Source: Oscillibacter sp.
GTDB taxonomy: Bacteria > Bacillota > Clostridia > Oscillospirales > Oscillospiraceae
NCBI GenBank assembly: GCA_022796315.1
Contig: JAAWIL010000001.1
Coordinates: forward strand, 1 to 34,793
DNA length: 34,793 nucleotides
Direction of reading: 5' to 3'
Shown here: piece by piece, positions 17,728 to 27,324 of the stretch
How the letters are laid out: every line of letters begins with the position of its first letter
How positions within the stretch are numbered: the first letter of the stretch is position 1
The notes under the pieces: generated by a model
Databases searched by the model: none
What the model saw: the letters and a program-made list of their open reading frames with translations, nothing else
What the model was told of the DNA's origin: nothing
Program-made: the position numbers and the translations under genes

Positions 17728-18171
17728 TCAGCTCTCGCAGTCAGAAATTCTCTCGACATTGTGGATAATCTGCGCCATTACACGTTTGAAAACATCCAAG
17801 TCCTCAGGGGAAATGTCTTTCGTTCCGTCCTTGTTGAACGCTTCAACAATCGGAAAAAGCGCATCGAGCGCGGCTTTTCCCTTTTCTGTCAGAGCGATCA
17901 ATTTGGAACGAAAATTCTCGGGGTCGCCCGTTCTCGTGACCAACCCATGATTCTCCAGGCGTTCGATTAAATGCACGACAGAAGGCTCACTGATTACCAT
18001 CGTGTGGGCCAGATTCTTTTGTGATATTTTATGATGCTGGTCAATAAAATAGAGAGCTGTCCACTGTGTTCTGGTCAAATCCTGCTTTTTGAACTGGTTA
18101 TTCATCGCCTCACCAACAGCCTTTGCGCCGTTGTTGGTAAGAAAGGCGATACAGTCATGTACATCAAACAT
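17728..18171 (-). CDS. MarR-family regulator (147 aa)
   Basis: LTRTQW..ISQKNLA..LIERLENHGLVTR..LTEKG; start MFDVHDC inferred. Confidence 0.88.
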   Translation of the reverse strand: MFDVHDCIAFLTNNGAKAVGEAMNNQFKKQDLTRTQWTALYFIDQHHKISQKNLAHTMVISEPSVVHLIERLENHGLVTRTGDPENFRSKLIALTEKGKAALDALFPIVEAFNKDGTKDISPEDLDVFKRVMAQIIHNVERISDCES

Positions 18172-18298
18172 CTCGCTTCCCCGCTTCTCATCAAAATCCT
18201 GCGCGTTTCTTGCGCTCACCCAATGGATGCACGCTGCCTTCCCGTCCTGAAGGCAGCGGTTCACCACATCATTGAAATCCATTATACAGGGAATCAAG

Positions 18299-18469
18299 TT
18301 GAAAAAAGCGCAAAATGCACTTTTCAATCAGCCGGCCGCCGGTCCGCTGGCGTGTGAAGCGCGCTTGATTCCCCGTGAGGTACAAGTCAGGGCCGTGTAC
18401 GTGGCCTCCAGCGGCGATTGACCGACGCTGGGCGTTCCAAAATATCATAGGATATTTTGGAACTTACTT
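18299..18469 (-). ncRNA. Candidate structured small RNA or 5' leader of unknown family
   Basis: Follows a consensus-like promoter; 13-bp perfect hairpin, long-range stem enclosing two small stems, terminator-like hairpin at 18299-18327. Confidence 0.35.
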
Positions 18470-18475
18470 GACTAT

Positions 18476-18504
18476 AGTATAAGCTGCTTTTTGCCATTGG
18501 TCAA
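18476..18504 (-). promoter_or_regulatory. SigA promoter upstream of marR-lplA
   Basis: TTGACC-17 bp-TATACT. Confidence 0.7.
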
Positions 18505-18605
18505 GAATGATATCCAATGGAACAACCTCAAATGGACAAGGGATTGGGATGAAAGAAGAAATGATGGGTGGACAGAAGGAAACCGGGACCATTTTTGAGA
18601 AGAGG

Positions 18606-18644
18606 GCGGGCTGCCGCCTGCCTTTTATACAGACGGCAGCCCGC
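18606..18644 (-). terminator. Hairpin after the second dctP
   Basis: gcgggctgccgcctg/cagacggcagcccgc; weak U tract. Confidence 0.55.
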
Positions 18645-18710
18645 GGAACATCAAGAAAGCGAGATGCCTTTGCGAACCCGGATTTGAACCGCTATCGGTG
18701 CCCTAATCGA

Positions 18711-19781
18711 TTATTGATGCTGGGCATCAATAATTGATTGGATGAACTCCGCGCCGATTTGATCAGAGAACTTGTCATACACGGGCTGCGCTGCGTCACG
18801 GAATGCCTGCCGCTCCTCCACGCTCAGCTCGATAATCGTGGTCTTGCCGGCGTCCAGAATCATCTGTTTGCACTCCTCGTTCTGCTTTTGCACCAGCTCC
18901 CACTCATCCAGCACGATTTCCTCGCACACCTTGTCCAGCGCCTCCTGGTATTCGGCGGGCAGTGCCTCATATGCGCTCTTGGAGACCAGCAGCGGAATCA
19001 CGTCGAAGATGTGGGCGGTTTCGATTACATAGCCCTGTACCTCATGCATGCCCTGGGTGTAAATATTGAGGTAGGGATTTTCCTGGCCGTCAATCGCGCC
19101 CTGCTGCAGGGCGGTGAACACCTCGGAAAAGGCCATAGGCACAGCGTTTGCGCCGATCGTGTTGAAGTGTGCCATGTGGAGCTCACTCTCCATGGTCCGG
19201 ATCTTCAGACCCTTCATATCGGCGGGCGTGCGGACGGGGGTCTTGGTAGTGGTCAGATGACGGCTGCCCTGATACCAGGAGCCCTTCCACAGGAAGCCGG
19301 CTTCGGCCAGCTCATCGCGGATCGGATCAATGACGTCGGTGTTGAGCACTGCTGCCGCGCCCTCAAAATCGGTGACATCCTCGATTAAGTAGGGGAGCTC
19401 CAGCGCGGAGACAGAGGTGGAGTAGCCGCCCAGCATTCCCACGTTGGGAATCGTCGCTTCAATGGTGCCGAACTGCATGCCCTCCAGGGCCTCGCGGTTG
19501 CCGCCAAGCTGGGAGTTGGGGTAAACCTCGATCACAAGATTTCCATCGGTGGCCTCCAGAACGCGCTCTGCCAGCAGCAGGGCTGCGTCGTTTACAGCGG
19601 TGGTATCTGCGCAGGTGTGGGCCAGGCGCCAAACAATCTTCTCGCCGCTTTCGGTGTTCTCTACCTGAGTGTTCCCACCGTCATCCGCGGGGGGAGTATC
19701 CGTAGTGCCGCCGCAGCCCATCAGAGACGCTGTCATGATACATGTCATGATCATGCATGCAAACATTTTCCATCTTTTCAC
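18711..19781 (-). CDS. dctP: TRAP substrate-binding lipoprotein
   Basis: GTG start with AGGAGG, lipobox LMGC, YPNSQLG, KIRTMES, EVFTALQQGAIDGQENP. Confidence 0.93.
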   Translation of the reverse strand: MKRWKMFACMIMTCIMTASLMGCGGTTDTPPADDGGNTQVENTESGEKIVWRLAHTCADTTAVNDAALLLAERVLEATDGNLVIEVYPNSQLGGNREALEGMQFGTIEATIPNVGMLGGYSTSVSALELPYLIEDVTDFEGAAAVLNTDVIDPIRDELAEAGFLWKGSWYQGSRHLTTTKTPVRTPADMKGLKIRTMESELHMAHFNTIGANAVPMAFSEVFTALQQGAIDGQENPYLNIYTQGMHEVQGYVIETAHIFDVIPLLVSKSAYEALPAEYQEALDKVCEEIVLDEWELVQKQNEECKQMILDAGKTTIIELSVEERQAFRDAAQPVYDKFSDQIGAEFIQSIIDAQHQ

Positions 19782-19886
19782 AGTCGCATCCTCCTTAAAT
19801 TGTGTTTCAATTCGTATTTGTTGCGCGTCTGTGCACCTGCTCTCTCAATATTCCCGGATAGAAACGTTTTTGTACTTGCAGTGTGG

Positions 19887-21335
19887 TTACTTTTTCGGGT
19901 CCTCAACAATCTCCGTAATTCCGGCAATATCTGCCGCCATTTCCGCATATTTTTCATAGGGCGTCGTAGCGCGGATGACCAGCTTTGCCCCATCCGGGGA
20001 GCCGCCGCCGTGGATAAATGCCAGCAGTCCGCCGGCGCGGGCGTACCACTCGCTCAGCCGTGCCGCGCGGGCTCGAGTCTCGGCGCTCACATTGGGATTT
20101 GCCGAAATTGCCTTCATCACCTTGGGGCCAATTACGGGGTCCATGCAGTCGGTGTAGTTGGGGAAGCATCCGGTCTCTGCGATGCCGCCGCCGATGTCCT
20201 GAAGGATTCGGCGCAGCTCTGCATAATTCTTACCGGCGTAGCACTTGTTCACACACGCGATCTTGGGGTCGGCAAACCAGACTCCGGACGCGTGCTGATA
20301 TCCTGCCAGCATCGCGCCCAGTCCCAGACCATAGGTGGTTTCGCTGATCAGCGTCATATCCATCAGCTTATCCTTAAACACCTTGGTGGAAAGACCGTTG
20401 CTGCGGGCCATCAGCATGGCCGCACCGGTCATGATGTCCCCCTGTCCGGCCACGCAGCTGCCGATGCAGGCCCGGTAGTTGCCCACAAACCGGTTGATCG
20501 CCTCGCCGGAGTACGCATATTCCCCGCAGAGGAACACCCGCTCATTGGGGATAAAGCAGTCCTCAAAGATCAAGTAGGAGGACTGGTCGGCGTACTTCAT
20601 ATCGTCCCAGCCCTGGCGGCCCTCGCTGGCGTCCGTCTGCACAATGGTCAGCCCCTCAATGTCCCGGGGAACCACAAAGGCCACGGCGTAATCCTTGTCG
20701 GCTTCCTTGTAGCCGGTGCCGGGGCTTACGAAGATCTCCTGACACACGCCGGCATGGGCAATCATGGTCTTGGTGCCGCTGACCACAATGCCGTCAGGGC
20801 GGACCTCCTTGATATGTACGCTTGCGTCGGGATTCGGCTGCTGTCCGGCGGACTTGGAGCGGTCGCCCTTGGCGTCGGTCAGAGCGCCGGCCACCTTCAA
20901 GCAGCGGTCCTCCGCCGCAAGAATCCAGTTTTTCAGCCGCTGATGATAGTTGGTTCCCTTCTCCTGGTCAATATCATAGGTCACCGACCACAGCACATTC
21001 ATAATGTTGTGCCCCACACAGACGCCTGCCATGCAGGTGCCCACGTGATTGAACATCAGCCGCTTCATCTCCACGCTCTTTTTCAGGGAATCCGGCCCGT
21101 CTGTATTCAGCGTAATCCAGCGCACCACCTGCTTTCCGGAAAGGGACGAGGTTGCCTTCAGTACGCTGTCATACTGCGGGTCCTGCAGCAGATCGTACGC
21201 GCGGGCTTCGTTTTCCACCAAGCCCTTTGTGGCGGGATCGGTCACCAGATCCTCAATAAAGTGCCCGTTTTTAAACACGTTGGGCCGCATCGCGCGTAAA
21301 TCGCGATAATAGTCCTCTCTCGTTTTAAATGCCAT
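19887..21335 (-). CDS. 4-hydroxybutyryl-CoA dehydratase/HpaB-family FAD (Fe-S) protein, divergent (482 aa)
   Basis: GALTDAKGDRSK, DGIVVSGTK, DYAVAFVVP, FEDCFIPNERVFLCGE, QDIGGG, HGGGSP. Confidence 0.87.
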   Translation of the reverse strand: MAFKTREDYYRDLRAMRPNVFKNGHFIEDLVTDPATKGLVENEARAYDLLQDPQYDSVLKATSSLSGKQVVRWITLNTDGPDSLKKSVEMKRLMFNHVGTCMAGVCVGHNIMNVLWSVTYDIDQEKGTNYHQRLKNWILAAEDRCLKVAGALTDAKGDRSKSAGQQPNPDASVHIKEVRPDGIVVSGTKTMIAHAGVCQEIFVSPGTGYKEADKDYAVAFVVPRDIEGLTIVQTDASEGRQGWDDMKYADQSSYLIFEDCFIPNERVFLCGEYAYSGEAINRFVGNYRACIGSCVAGQGDIMTGAAMLMARSNGLSTKVFKDKLMDMTLISETTYGLGLGAMLAGYQHASGVWFADPKIACVNKCYAGKNYAELRRILQDIGGGIAETGCFPNYTDCMDPVIGPKVMKAISANPNVSAETRARAARLSEWYARAGGLLAFIHGGGSPDGAKLVIRATTPYEKYAEMAADIAGITEIVEDPKK

Positions 21336-21384
21336 AGTATTCTCCCCTTTCATTGTAATTCTCGCGGATTTATGCGGCGCCGGC

Positions 21385-22281
21385 TCACATCTGAATCAAT
21401 CTGTACAGACGGGCCCAATCCGCGTCACGGTAGCCCTCGATCCGCCGGAAGTCCTCCTCCTTCAGGTGCTTGAAGCGCTTCTGGGCCCTCAGGTAGGTCT
21501 CTACCGGCTTGAATTCCTTGGGTGTCATATTCAGCTTGTACTTGCCGTCCTCATACTCCGCCAGATACCACAGGCCGCACTCGACTGCCATTTTGCCAAT
21601 TTCGATGGTTTTTTCTGCGGAATATCCCCAACCGGTTGGGCAGGGCGCCATGATGTGAATGATTCTGGTGCCCTTCATGGCCTTGGCCTTGGCGACCTTC
21701 TCCATAAAGTCCTTGGGATAAGAGGTGCTGGCCGTTGCGATGTAGGGAACTCGATGTGCCGCCATGATTTCAAAGAGGGATTTTTTGAAGGTGTTGTCAC
21801 AGCCCTTGGAGCAGATACCGGCCGGGGTGGTGGTTGTGGAGGCTCCGTAGGGAGTGGCGCCGCTTCTTTGTACGCCGGTATTCATGTACGCTTCGTTGTC
21901 ATAGCAGATGTAAAGGATATTGTCGTTCCGCTCCGCCGCGCCGGACAGAGCTTGCAGGCCGATGTCAATGGTGCCGCCGTCGCCGCCGATTCCGAGATAG
22001 GTTACATCCTCATCCCAGCCTAGGGCCTCGCCGCCCACCGCCATGCCGGCCAGCGTAGAGGCCAGCGCGGGGAACGCCGTGACCGCGTTGGGGACAAAGA
22101 CGGCGCTCTCCGGATAGACAGAGGTGGTCGCCGCAAAGCAGCAGGCGGGACAGGCCAGCACCGTCTTCTTTCCCAGTACCTTCATGGTAAGCCTGGCAGC
22201 CAGCAGCGCGGCGCAGCCCTGGCAGCTCTTCTGACCGTAGATCAATTCCTCATCCGGTAAATCCTTAAACACGATAGCCAT
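21385..22281 (-). CDS. porB: 2-oxoacid:ferredoxin oxidoreductase beta subunit (TPP-binding)
   Basis: CQGC, GGDGGTIDIG..YDNEAYMNTG, PCPTGW. Confidence 0.92.
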   Translation of the reverse strand: MAIVFKDLPDEELIYGQKSCQGCAALLAARLTMKVLGKKTVLACPACCFAATTSVYPESAVFVPNAVTAFPALASTLAGMAVGGEALGWDEDVTYLGIGGDGGTIDIGLQALSGAAERNDNILYICYDNEAYMNTGVQRSGATPYGASTTTTPAGICSKGCDNTFKKSLFEIMAAHRVPYIATASTSYPKDFMEKVAKAKAMKGTRIIHIMAPCPTGWGYSAEKTIEIGKMAVECGLWYLAEYEDGKYKLNMTPKEFKPVETYLRAQKRFKHLKEEDFRRIEGYRDADWARLYRLIQM

Positions 22282-22284
22282 TTG

Positions 22285-23469
22285 TTACCACCTCTTTCCA
22301 ATGAACTGCACTTCGTCTTCACACTTGCCGTCGCTCAGGTTCCGCAGGATGTCAAACATCTCCAGAATGTGATCCTTGGAGACGTCGCGGCCGCCCAGCC
22401 CGCAGATGAAGTTTGCGGTCTTTGTGCCGCACTGGCCGCCGCTGTACAGGGAGGATGTTACATCGCTGTAAATGGTTCCGTCATAGCCGAAGGAGATGCT
22501 TTTGTCCGTAACGCCCAGTGCCTTGTAGCGCCCGGCAATGGAGGCGAAGAACTCCTTGGGGAAGGGCCGGAAGCTCCTCAGCTTAATCATGCCGGCCTTG
22601 CGGCCCTGTTCCCGCAGCTCATCCACCACCACGCGGGCTGTGCCGGCTGCGCTGCCGGTGACCACCAGCACCTGCTCTGCGCCCTCGCACCGGTACTCCT
22701 CATACATGCCGTGGTAGCTTCTGCCAAAGAGCTTGGCGTATTCGGCATCAATCTCGGCGATTTTCTTCTTCGCGGTCTCAAAGGCCTGGCACTGCTGGAT
22801 GCGCCCCTCTGTGTGGAGGGCCGGCCCGATGGTGCCGCAGAGAACCTTGGGGTCCGCCAGGTCCAGCTTGTTGCTGGTGACAAAGGGCGGAAGGAACCGG
22901 TCCACATCCTCCTGATCCGGGATTTCCACCAGGTCGTAGGTGTGCGTCAGTGTAAATCCGTCCAGGTTTACCATCACCGGCAGCATCACAGTGGGGTCCT
23001 CCGCCAGTTTGTAAGCCTGGATCATGGTGTCCAGCGCCTCCTGACCGCTCTCTACGTAGATCTGAACAAAGCCGCTGTCGCGCATGGCCATGGCGTCCCG
23101 GTGGTCGCCGTAGATATTCCAGGGGGTTGCTGTGGACCGGTTTGCGTCGGCCATCACAATCGGGTGGCGGGCGCCGCTGACGTAGCTCAGCATCTCACAC
23201 ATGTATAGAAGTCCCTGAGAGGACGAGGCTGTGAACACCCGCGCACCCATCATGGACGCGCCCAGAGAGGCTGCCATGGCGCTGTGCTCGCTCTCTACCA
23301 TCATGTACCGGGCGTCAGACTGGCCGTCGGCAATGAAATCCGCCAGTTTTTCCACCAGCGTGGTCTGCGGCGTGATGGGATAGGCCGCAATCACCTGGGG
23401 CCGGGCCAGACGAACGCCGTGAGCCGCCGCTTCGTTTGCGGACAAAAATGCCTTGGTTCCCATACTCAC
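22285..23469 (-). CDS. porA: 2-oxoacid:ferredoxin oxidoreductase alpha subunit
   Basis: AAYPITPQT, VESEHSA, TASSSQGL, RPFP, GLGGRD. Confidence 0.93.
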   Translation of the reverse strand: MSMGTKAFLSANEAAAHGVRLARPQVIAAYPITPQTTLVEKLADFIADGQSDARYMMVESEHSAMAASLGASMMGARVFTASSSQGLLYMCEMLSYVSGARHPIVMADANRSTATPWNIYGDHRDAMAMRDSGFVQIYVESGQEALDTMIQAYKLAEDPTVMLPVMVNLDGFTLTHTYDLVEIPDQEDVDRFLPPFVTSNKLDLADPKVLCGTIGPALHTEGRIQQCQAFETAKKKIAEIDAEYAKLFGRSYHGMYEEYRCEGAEQVLVVTGSAAGTARVVVDELREQGRKAGMIKLRSFRPFPKEFFASIAGRYKALGVTDKSISFGYDGTIYSDVTSSLYSGGQCGTKTANFICGLGGRDVSKDHILEMFDILRNLSDGKCEDEVQFIGKRW

Positions 23470-23765
23470 TCGCCCTCCTTTACCATCTCAATGCAGCTCC
23501 GCGGGCACTCGTTGGCGCAGATGCCGCAGCCCTTGCAATAATCCATGTCCACCGTGAGCTTCTCACCGTCTTTGCTGATGGCCCCCTCCGGACAGTAGAT
23601 GAAGCAGAACAGGCAGCGGATACATTTGTCATGGTCGAATTTGGGTGCGAATGTCCGGTAGCCGGAGTTTGGATTTACCAGATGACCGGCCGGAAAGCTG
23701 GCTCCAAAGGGGATCTCCTCCATGGAAGCCGGGGCCTGAAAGGCTAAGTCGCGCTTCGGTTTCAT
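23466..23765 (-). CDS. porD: 2-oxoacid:ferredoxin oxidoreductase delta subunit
   Basis: CIRCLFCFIYCP, DYCKGCGICANECP. Confidence 0.92.
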   Translation of the reverse strand: MKPKRDLAFQAPASMEEIPFGASFPAGHLVNPNSGYRTFAPKFDHDKCIRCLFCFIYCPEGAISKDGEKLTVDMDYCKGCGICANECPRSCIEMVKEGE

Positions 23766-24328
23766 TTCGTTTTGCCTCCTTTCACCATCTCGTAGGCCAT
23801 CCGTGTGACCTTCTTGTTTTTCTCCCGCAGGGCCTTGGACATAGATCCGTCAATGGCGGCCTCCAGGGATTCCAGCGTTACCAGATCCGTGCCGCCCACG
23901 GCGGCGCCCATCATGATGGTGTTGACAATATTGGCCCCCAGTTCCTGAAGCGCAATGGCGGTTGCGTCAATGGTAACCAACTGGCGTACCTTGTCAAACC
24001 CGGGGCGCTTGCGGAACTCTGCCGCCGGTTTCGCGGAGTTGATGAATACGGCGCCGTCCTCTTTCAGTCCCTCCAGAATGTCGGTAACATCCAAGAGGGT
24101 CTCATCCAGGACGATGACGCAGTCACAGGCATACACTTGGCTGTGGTCGGTGATGGGCGTGCTGTCAATCCGTGTGAATCCCAGGACCGGCGCGCCACGG
24201 CGTTCCGGTCCGAAGGACGGAAACGCCTGCGCGTACTTTCCGCAGTGAAGGGCGGCTGCGTAGCCCAGCAGACGCGCGGAGGTGAATCCGCCGTTGCCGC
24301 CTCTCCCATGCCATCTGATTTCTTTCAC
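23762..24328 (-). CDS. porC: 2-oxoacid:ferredoxin oxidoreductase gamma subunit
   Basis: EIRWHGRGGNG, FGPERRGAP, NTIMMGA; GTG start with GGAGG. Confidence 0.92.
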   Translation of the reverse strand: MKEIRWHGRGGNGGFTSARLLGYAAALHCGKYAQAFPSFGPERRGAPVLGFTRIDSTPITDHSQVYACDCVIVLDETLLDVTDILEGLKEDGAVFINSAKPAAEFRKRPGFDKVRQLVTIDATAIALQELGANIVNTIMMGAAVGGTDLVTLESLEAAIDGSMSKALREKNKKVTRMAYEMVKGGKTK

Positions 24329-24394
24329 GATAATTCCTCCAAATTCTATAATTTTGGACTGCCGTCTGTCCCTGCCGGCTGAAACGGCAGCCTT

Positions 24395-25675
24395 TTAAAT
24401 CAATCCCAGCAGCTTTGGCAGGAACAGCGACAGCTGCGGAATCGCGATGATCAGGACTAGAAGCGCTGCCAGAAGGCCAATCATTGGCCAGACCTCCTTG
24501 ATTACGCTCTCCAGCTTCGCGCCGGACACCTTCTGCGCCACAAAGAGATTGACACCCAGGGGGGGAGTCAGGAAGCCAATGCAGAGGTTTACGCACATCA
24601 CCAGACCAAAATAGGTCAAATCGTAGCCCATCGCGCTGGCAATAGGAGACAGCAGCGGCGCGAAGAGGATAATGTTGGATGTGGTGTCGATGAACATGCC
24701 GGCGATGAGCAGGATGAAGTTCATCATCAGCATCACGACAATGGGGGACTCGGAGATCCCCAACAGCATATTGGTCAGCAGCGTGGGCACCTTTTCCAGA
24801 GTCAGTATCCGGCCGAAGGTGCTGGCGCCGCCCATCACCACCATGACGCTGGCAGAGAGCACTGCGGCCTCTAGCAGGCCGTCCAGAAATTTTTTCATTG
24901 TCAGCTGGCGATAGACGAACTTGCCCACCACCAGGGCATATACCACACCGACCACCGCGGCCTCTGTGGGCGTGAAGATGCCTGCGTAGATCCCGCCCAG
25001 TACGATGACCGGCATGAGGATTGCCCAGATGGACTTCTTCAGCACGGCAAGTTTGTTAATGCCCTCGATGGGCTGCCCCACATACCCGCGTTTTCTGGAG
25101 ATATATTTGTTCCAAAAGATCAGCACCAGACCCATTAAAAGGCCGGGAATGACGCCGGAGGCAAACAGGCCGGTCACGGAAACACCCACCGTTGCACCGT
25201 AGACAATCATGGGAATGGAGGGGGGAATCACCGGGCCGATGGTAGAGCCGCTGGCCAGAAGTGCGCCGCAGTACTCCGGGTCGTATTTTTGCTGGCGCAT
25301 GGCGGGGATCATGATGGTGCCGATTGCCGCCACACAGGCGGGGCCGGAGCCGGAAATGGCAGCGAAGAACATGCAGGCCACAATCGCCGCAGTGCCGAGG
25401 CCGCCGGGCTTATTCCCCACCAGGACCTCCGCAAGCTCGATCAGACCCTGTGCAATGCCGGTCTTTTCCATGATGATTCCCAGGAGCATGAAAAAAGGGA
25501 TCGCCATCAGGGCATAGTTGTCAATAGAGGTGACCATTGCCTGCGCCAGCATGTTCAGCATGGTGGAGGGATAGCCGGCAATAATGACGCACAGCGTGGA
25601 AATTGCCAGGCTGATGGCGATGGGAACTGTCAAAACCAAACAGACGGCTAATGAACCGAAGAGGACTGCTACCAT
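24395..25675 (-). CDS. dctM: TRAP large permease
   Basis: LMAIPFF, FAAISGSG, VIPPSIP, GIFTPTEA, TPPLG. Confidence 0.94.
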   Translation of the reverse strand: MVAVLFGSLAVCLVLTVPIAISLAISTLCVIIAGYPSTMLNMLAQAMVTSIDNYALMAIPFFMLLGIIMEKTGIAQGLIELAEVLVGNKPGGLGTAAIVACMFFAAISGSGPACVAAIGTIMIPAMRQQKYDPEYCGALLASGSTIGPVIPPSIPMIVYGATVGVSVTGLFASGVIPGLLMGLVLIFWNKYISRKRGYVGQPIEGINKLAVLKKSIWAILMPVIVLGGIYAGIFTPTEAAVVGVVYALVVGKFVYRQLTMKKFLDGLLEAAVLSASVMVVMGGASTFGRILTLEKVPTLLTNMLLGISESPIVVMLMMNFILLIAGMFIDTTSNIILFAPLLSPIASAMGYDLTYFGLVMCVNLCIGFLTPPLGVNLFVAQKVSGAKLESVIKEVWPMIGLLAALLVLIIAIPQLSLFLPKLLGLI

Positions 25676-25677
25676 AC

Positions 25678-26223
25678 TTATTCACCGCTCCCTTCTGCGC
25701 CGGCCGCTGTCGCTGTCGGGGAGGGGGCGGCCGGTGCTCCGCTTTTAAGGCTCTTGACTGCCGGGATTACGCCATATTGCAGGGTCCGAATTGCCATGCC
25801 TCCCATGCCCAGGACACCGGCCAGATACATCACCCACACAGGGATGAACTTCGCGCCGGAGAATACCTGGTGCTGCGCAATACACTGCATCATCATCAAA
25901 TAAATCAGATAGCACAGGTAGCTGGACACGGCAATCAGCATCAGATCGCCAATGATGAACAAGATCGTCTTGGTGTGCCTGCCCGGCAGAAATTCTGCGG
26001 CAAAGCTCACACGCAGGTGTTCGCTGCCCTTGCATGCGTAGCTCATGCCGGCAAATGTCACATAGACGAACATCAGCCGGGTCACCTGCTCCATCCAACC
26101 CCAGGCCAAGCCAAATAGATAACGGGCAACGACTTGGATAAACATCATTGCCACGAGTGCCGTAAGCACTGCATAAATGATATATTTTTCAAGATTGTTC
26201 AGAATTTTCTTTACAAGATCCAA
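25678..26223 (-). CDS. dctQ: TRAP small permease
   Basis: QVVARYLF..WMEQVTRLMFVY..HLRV; TTG start with AAGGAGG. Confidence 0.88.
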   Translation of the reverse strand: MDLVKKILNNLEKYIIYAVLTALVAMMFIQVVARYLFGLAWGWMEQVTRLMFVYVTFAGMSYACKGSEHLRVSFAAEFLPGRHTKTILFIIGDLMLIAVSSYLCYLIYLMMMQCIAQHQVFSGAKFIPVWVMYLAGVLGMGGMAIRTLQYGVIPAVKSLKSGAPAAPSPTATAAGAEGSGE

Positions 26224-26316
26224 GCTTACTCCCTCCTTCTTATTGATGAATATCCTTGGGATATTCAAAAGTCCTTTCGGATATTCAAATTCTATGGGAC
26301 GCCTCCGAAGCCGGGC

Positions 26317-27324
26317 TTACTTCTTCCACAGCTCCCGGTTGATGACGGTGCCGGGGTCCTGATCCAGCAGCAGGTTTACCACTACATCGGCAGTCTGCTC
26401 GATCAAGTCGTCGAAGGCGTCGTCGGAATAGTAGCCCACGTGCGGGGTGGAGAGGACATTGGGCAGCTCCAAAATCTTGCGCTCAATGCCGGAGGGCGGC
26501 TCGGTGGTGTAAGCGTCAATGGCGGCGCCGCAGATCTCGCCGCTGACCAGCGCGTCATAGAGATCCTCCGGATTGCACAGCGCTCCCCGGGCAGTATTGA
26601 CGAAAATGGCGGTGGGCTTCATCTTTTGGAAGGCCTCTTTGTTAAAGATGCCCTCCGTGCTGGGCAGCAGAGGAACATGGAGCGTGATGTAGTCGGACTC
26701 CTTCAGCAGGGTGTCAAAGTCAACGGGTTCCACGCCGGTCTCCCGGATCTGTTCGGGGGGTACGATGGCGTCATAGGCAATCACGCGGCAGCCAAATCCG
26801 GAGAACATCTTTGCGACATAACGGGCGATCCGCCCATAGCCATACAGGCCGATGGTGGATTTGGAGAAGCGCTTGACCGGAGCTACGCACTTATAGCCGC
26901 CGCTCCATTTGCCCGCCTCGATCCATTTGATCAGCTTGGGCATCCGCCTCTGCTCCGCCATAATCAGGGAGACCACGTGTACGGCGACCTCTTCCAGGCA
27001 GTAGTTTGGAACGTTGCAGACCAATACGCCCTTTTCCGTTGCAACAGGCAGATTGGCGCTGTTATAGCCGATACCGTAAGACACCACGGCCTTCAGCTCC
27101 GGCAACAATCCATCATAGATGCGATCCGTCATAAACTGGAACTGTGTAATGAGGACCTCCGCGCCTTTGGCGGCGGCGATCAAAGTCTCGTCGTCCTGCG
27201 GCTCATCAAATAGGAAGGTAAATTCCACTTCCGGCAGCTTTCGCTCAAGAGTTTCCTTCATGATTCCGAGACTGGCCTCCGTCATAACTCCGAGGGTGCC
27301 AGTCATCACAACGTTTCTGCGCAT
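26317..27324 (-). CDS. D-isomer-specific 2-hydroxyacid dehydrogenase (CtBP/SerA-like)
   Basis: NVPNYC.EEVA, GLYGYGRIA, NTARG, EPP, TPHVGYYS. Confidence 0.92.
   Translation of the reverse strand: MRRNVVMTGTLGVMTEASLGIMKETLERKLPEVEFTFLFDEPQDDETLIAAAKGAEVLITQFQFMTDRIYDGLLPELKAVVSYGIGYNSANLPVATEKGVLVCNVPNYCLEEVAVHVVSLIMAEQRRMPKLIKWIEAGKWSGGYKCVAPVKRFSKSTIGLYGYGRIARYVAKMFSGFGCRVIAYDAIVPPEQIRETGVEPVDFDTLLKESDYITLHVPLLPSTEGIFNKEAFQKMKPTAIFVNTARGALCNPEDLYDALVSGEICGAAIDAYTTEPPSGIERKILELPNVLSTPHVGYYSDDAFDDLIEQTADVVVNLLLDQDPGTVINRELWKK

Noticed and set aside
18299-18469. 6S RNA, SRP RNA, ZTP or TPP riboswitch identity
   Set aside because: Only fragmentary resemblance; diagnostic motifs absent
19617-21299. 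560-aa plus-strand ORF and similar ones (4720-5769, 6627-7592, 22282-23208, 26134-27213, 29663-30619, 33345-34352)
   Set aside because: Antisense to well-supported genes
19887-21335. Annotation as 4-hydroxyphenylacetate 3-monooxygenase or as canonical abfD
   Set aside because: Anaerobic context with no flavin reductase partner; AbfD catalytic residues altered, so no symbol given
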